A stretch of DNA of 64,000 bases from Candidatus Bathyarchaeota archaeon (lineage in GTDB: Archaea; Thermoproteota; Bathyarchaeia; Bathyarchaeales; Bathycorpusculaceae): contig CAVZJV010000014.1 of assembly GCA_963775685.1 (NCBI GenBank), forward strand, positions 224,001 to 288,000, given 5' to 3'. The notes beneath the pieces were generated by a model. The model saw only the letters and a program-made list of their open reading frames with translations. It searched no databases and was not told the origin of the DNA. This document shows positions 63,330 to 64,000 of the stretch, piece after piece (position 1 is the first letter of the stretch; every line of letters begins with the position of its first letter). Both the position numbers and the translations under genes were made by a program.

Positions 63330-64000
63330 CTTTTTGCTTCCCCTTCGAGTCATAGTGTCCAAGTAGGGTCATCGAAAATAAGCAGTGTGTAGTCTTCCTT
63401 TATTTTTAGTGACGGAACAAAGAGGTTTTTTTACTTTGCCTTCAAGGAAAAGCCCGCAGATGGTTACACAATTTGAAATTTCGGGCAAACTCATGCCGAT
63501 TAGTGGCGATGACTTGAACACTGAGTATTCGCTAATTTCTTTGGTTCCGATTGTTTCAGAGAAAACAACTCCTACCAAATTGTTCGTTACGGCTGAGAGT
63601 GCTAATAGATGGTCAACTGTGACCGAGGAGGGTATAACCATGTCTGTGCCTGCGTTTTTGCTGTTTCCACCAAGGTTTAGTCATGAACAACGTTATCATT
63701 CTGATGTCGGGTCGAGTTTTCTTGGGGCTCAGTTTAGAGAGCATATTGTCTGCGTTTTTTCATGAGCATTTACAACAATTGAAGCACGGTCTATGGCTGC
63801 GCTGTTTAGAGCTGCCATGGGCTGAGTAATCTGTTCTAAGAATACAACTGCATCTTTCCCGAAGTAACCCCTCGTAGGTGTGAGGGCCAGCGTCCTATAA
63901 CTTGGTCAAGTCATAGTTCCAAGTTTCTCTGTAACGTGCTGTCCCGGTGGGTGTAACCTAAAATGATAACGTGTTGTTTTAGTTTTCGCAAGAGTTTTTT
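63330..64000 (-). pseudogene. TrkA/RCK-domain (K+ channel-like) remnant, truncated by the window
   Basis: KLKQHVIILGY start of RCK-N; DMVIPSSV..LLALSA; EYSVFKSSPLIGMSL (TrkA-C-like); multiple stops. Confidence 0.5.

Noticed and set aside
1-64000. CRISPR array, rRNA or IS transposase
   Set aside because: No regularly spaced repeats, rRNA-like sequence or transposase motifs seen by eye; short or degenerate cases could have been missed.

Overview
Archaeal chromosomal window, most consistent with a Bathyarchaeia-like (TACK) genome. That placement is an inference from the PolB3/TFB/TFS/aIF set, the PQQ-like and C-terminally anchored surface proteins, and the small wHTH families. Housekeeping blocks include sdhA-sdhB-aspA/fumC, DUF424-aIF2beta, coiled-coil-DUF373-uppS, ychF, dnaG, polB3, pyrH, aIF1A-rio1-KH, msrA, copB, mobA and tfb. 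They alternate with AT-rich stretches full of gene remnants (PolB2, TFS, thioredoxin, MFS, integrase, EEP nuclease, TrkA). Some single frameshifts look like long-read indel errors rather than real decay. No CRISPR array or rRNA gene was seen. The most notable observations are: (1) a full-length PolB3 with intact polymerase motifs but three of four proofreading carboxylates lost; (2) next to it, a stand-alone TIR gene converging on a TFS paralogue that lacks the acidic DE tip, plus a PolB2 relic; (3) two different tRNA-Gly(GCC) genes flanking a tyrosine-integrase relic; (4) a small-protein/wHTH/wHTH/MinD-ParA cluster; (5) a membrane-anchored laccase-type multicopper oxidase; (6) apparent ACG and CTG starts for dnaG and sdhB. 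All family calls come from motif reading by eye; no searches were run.
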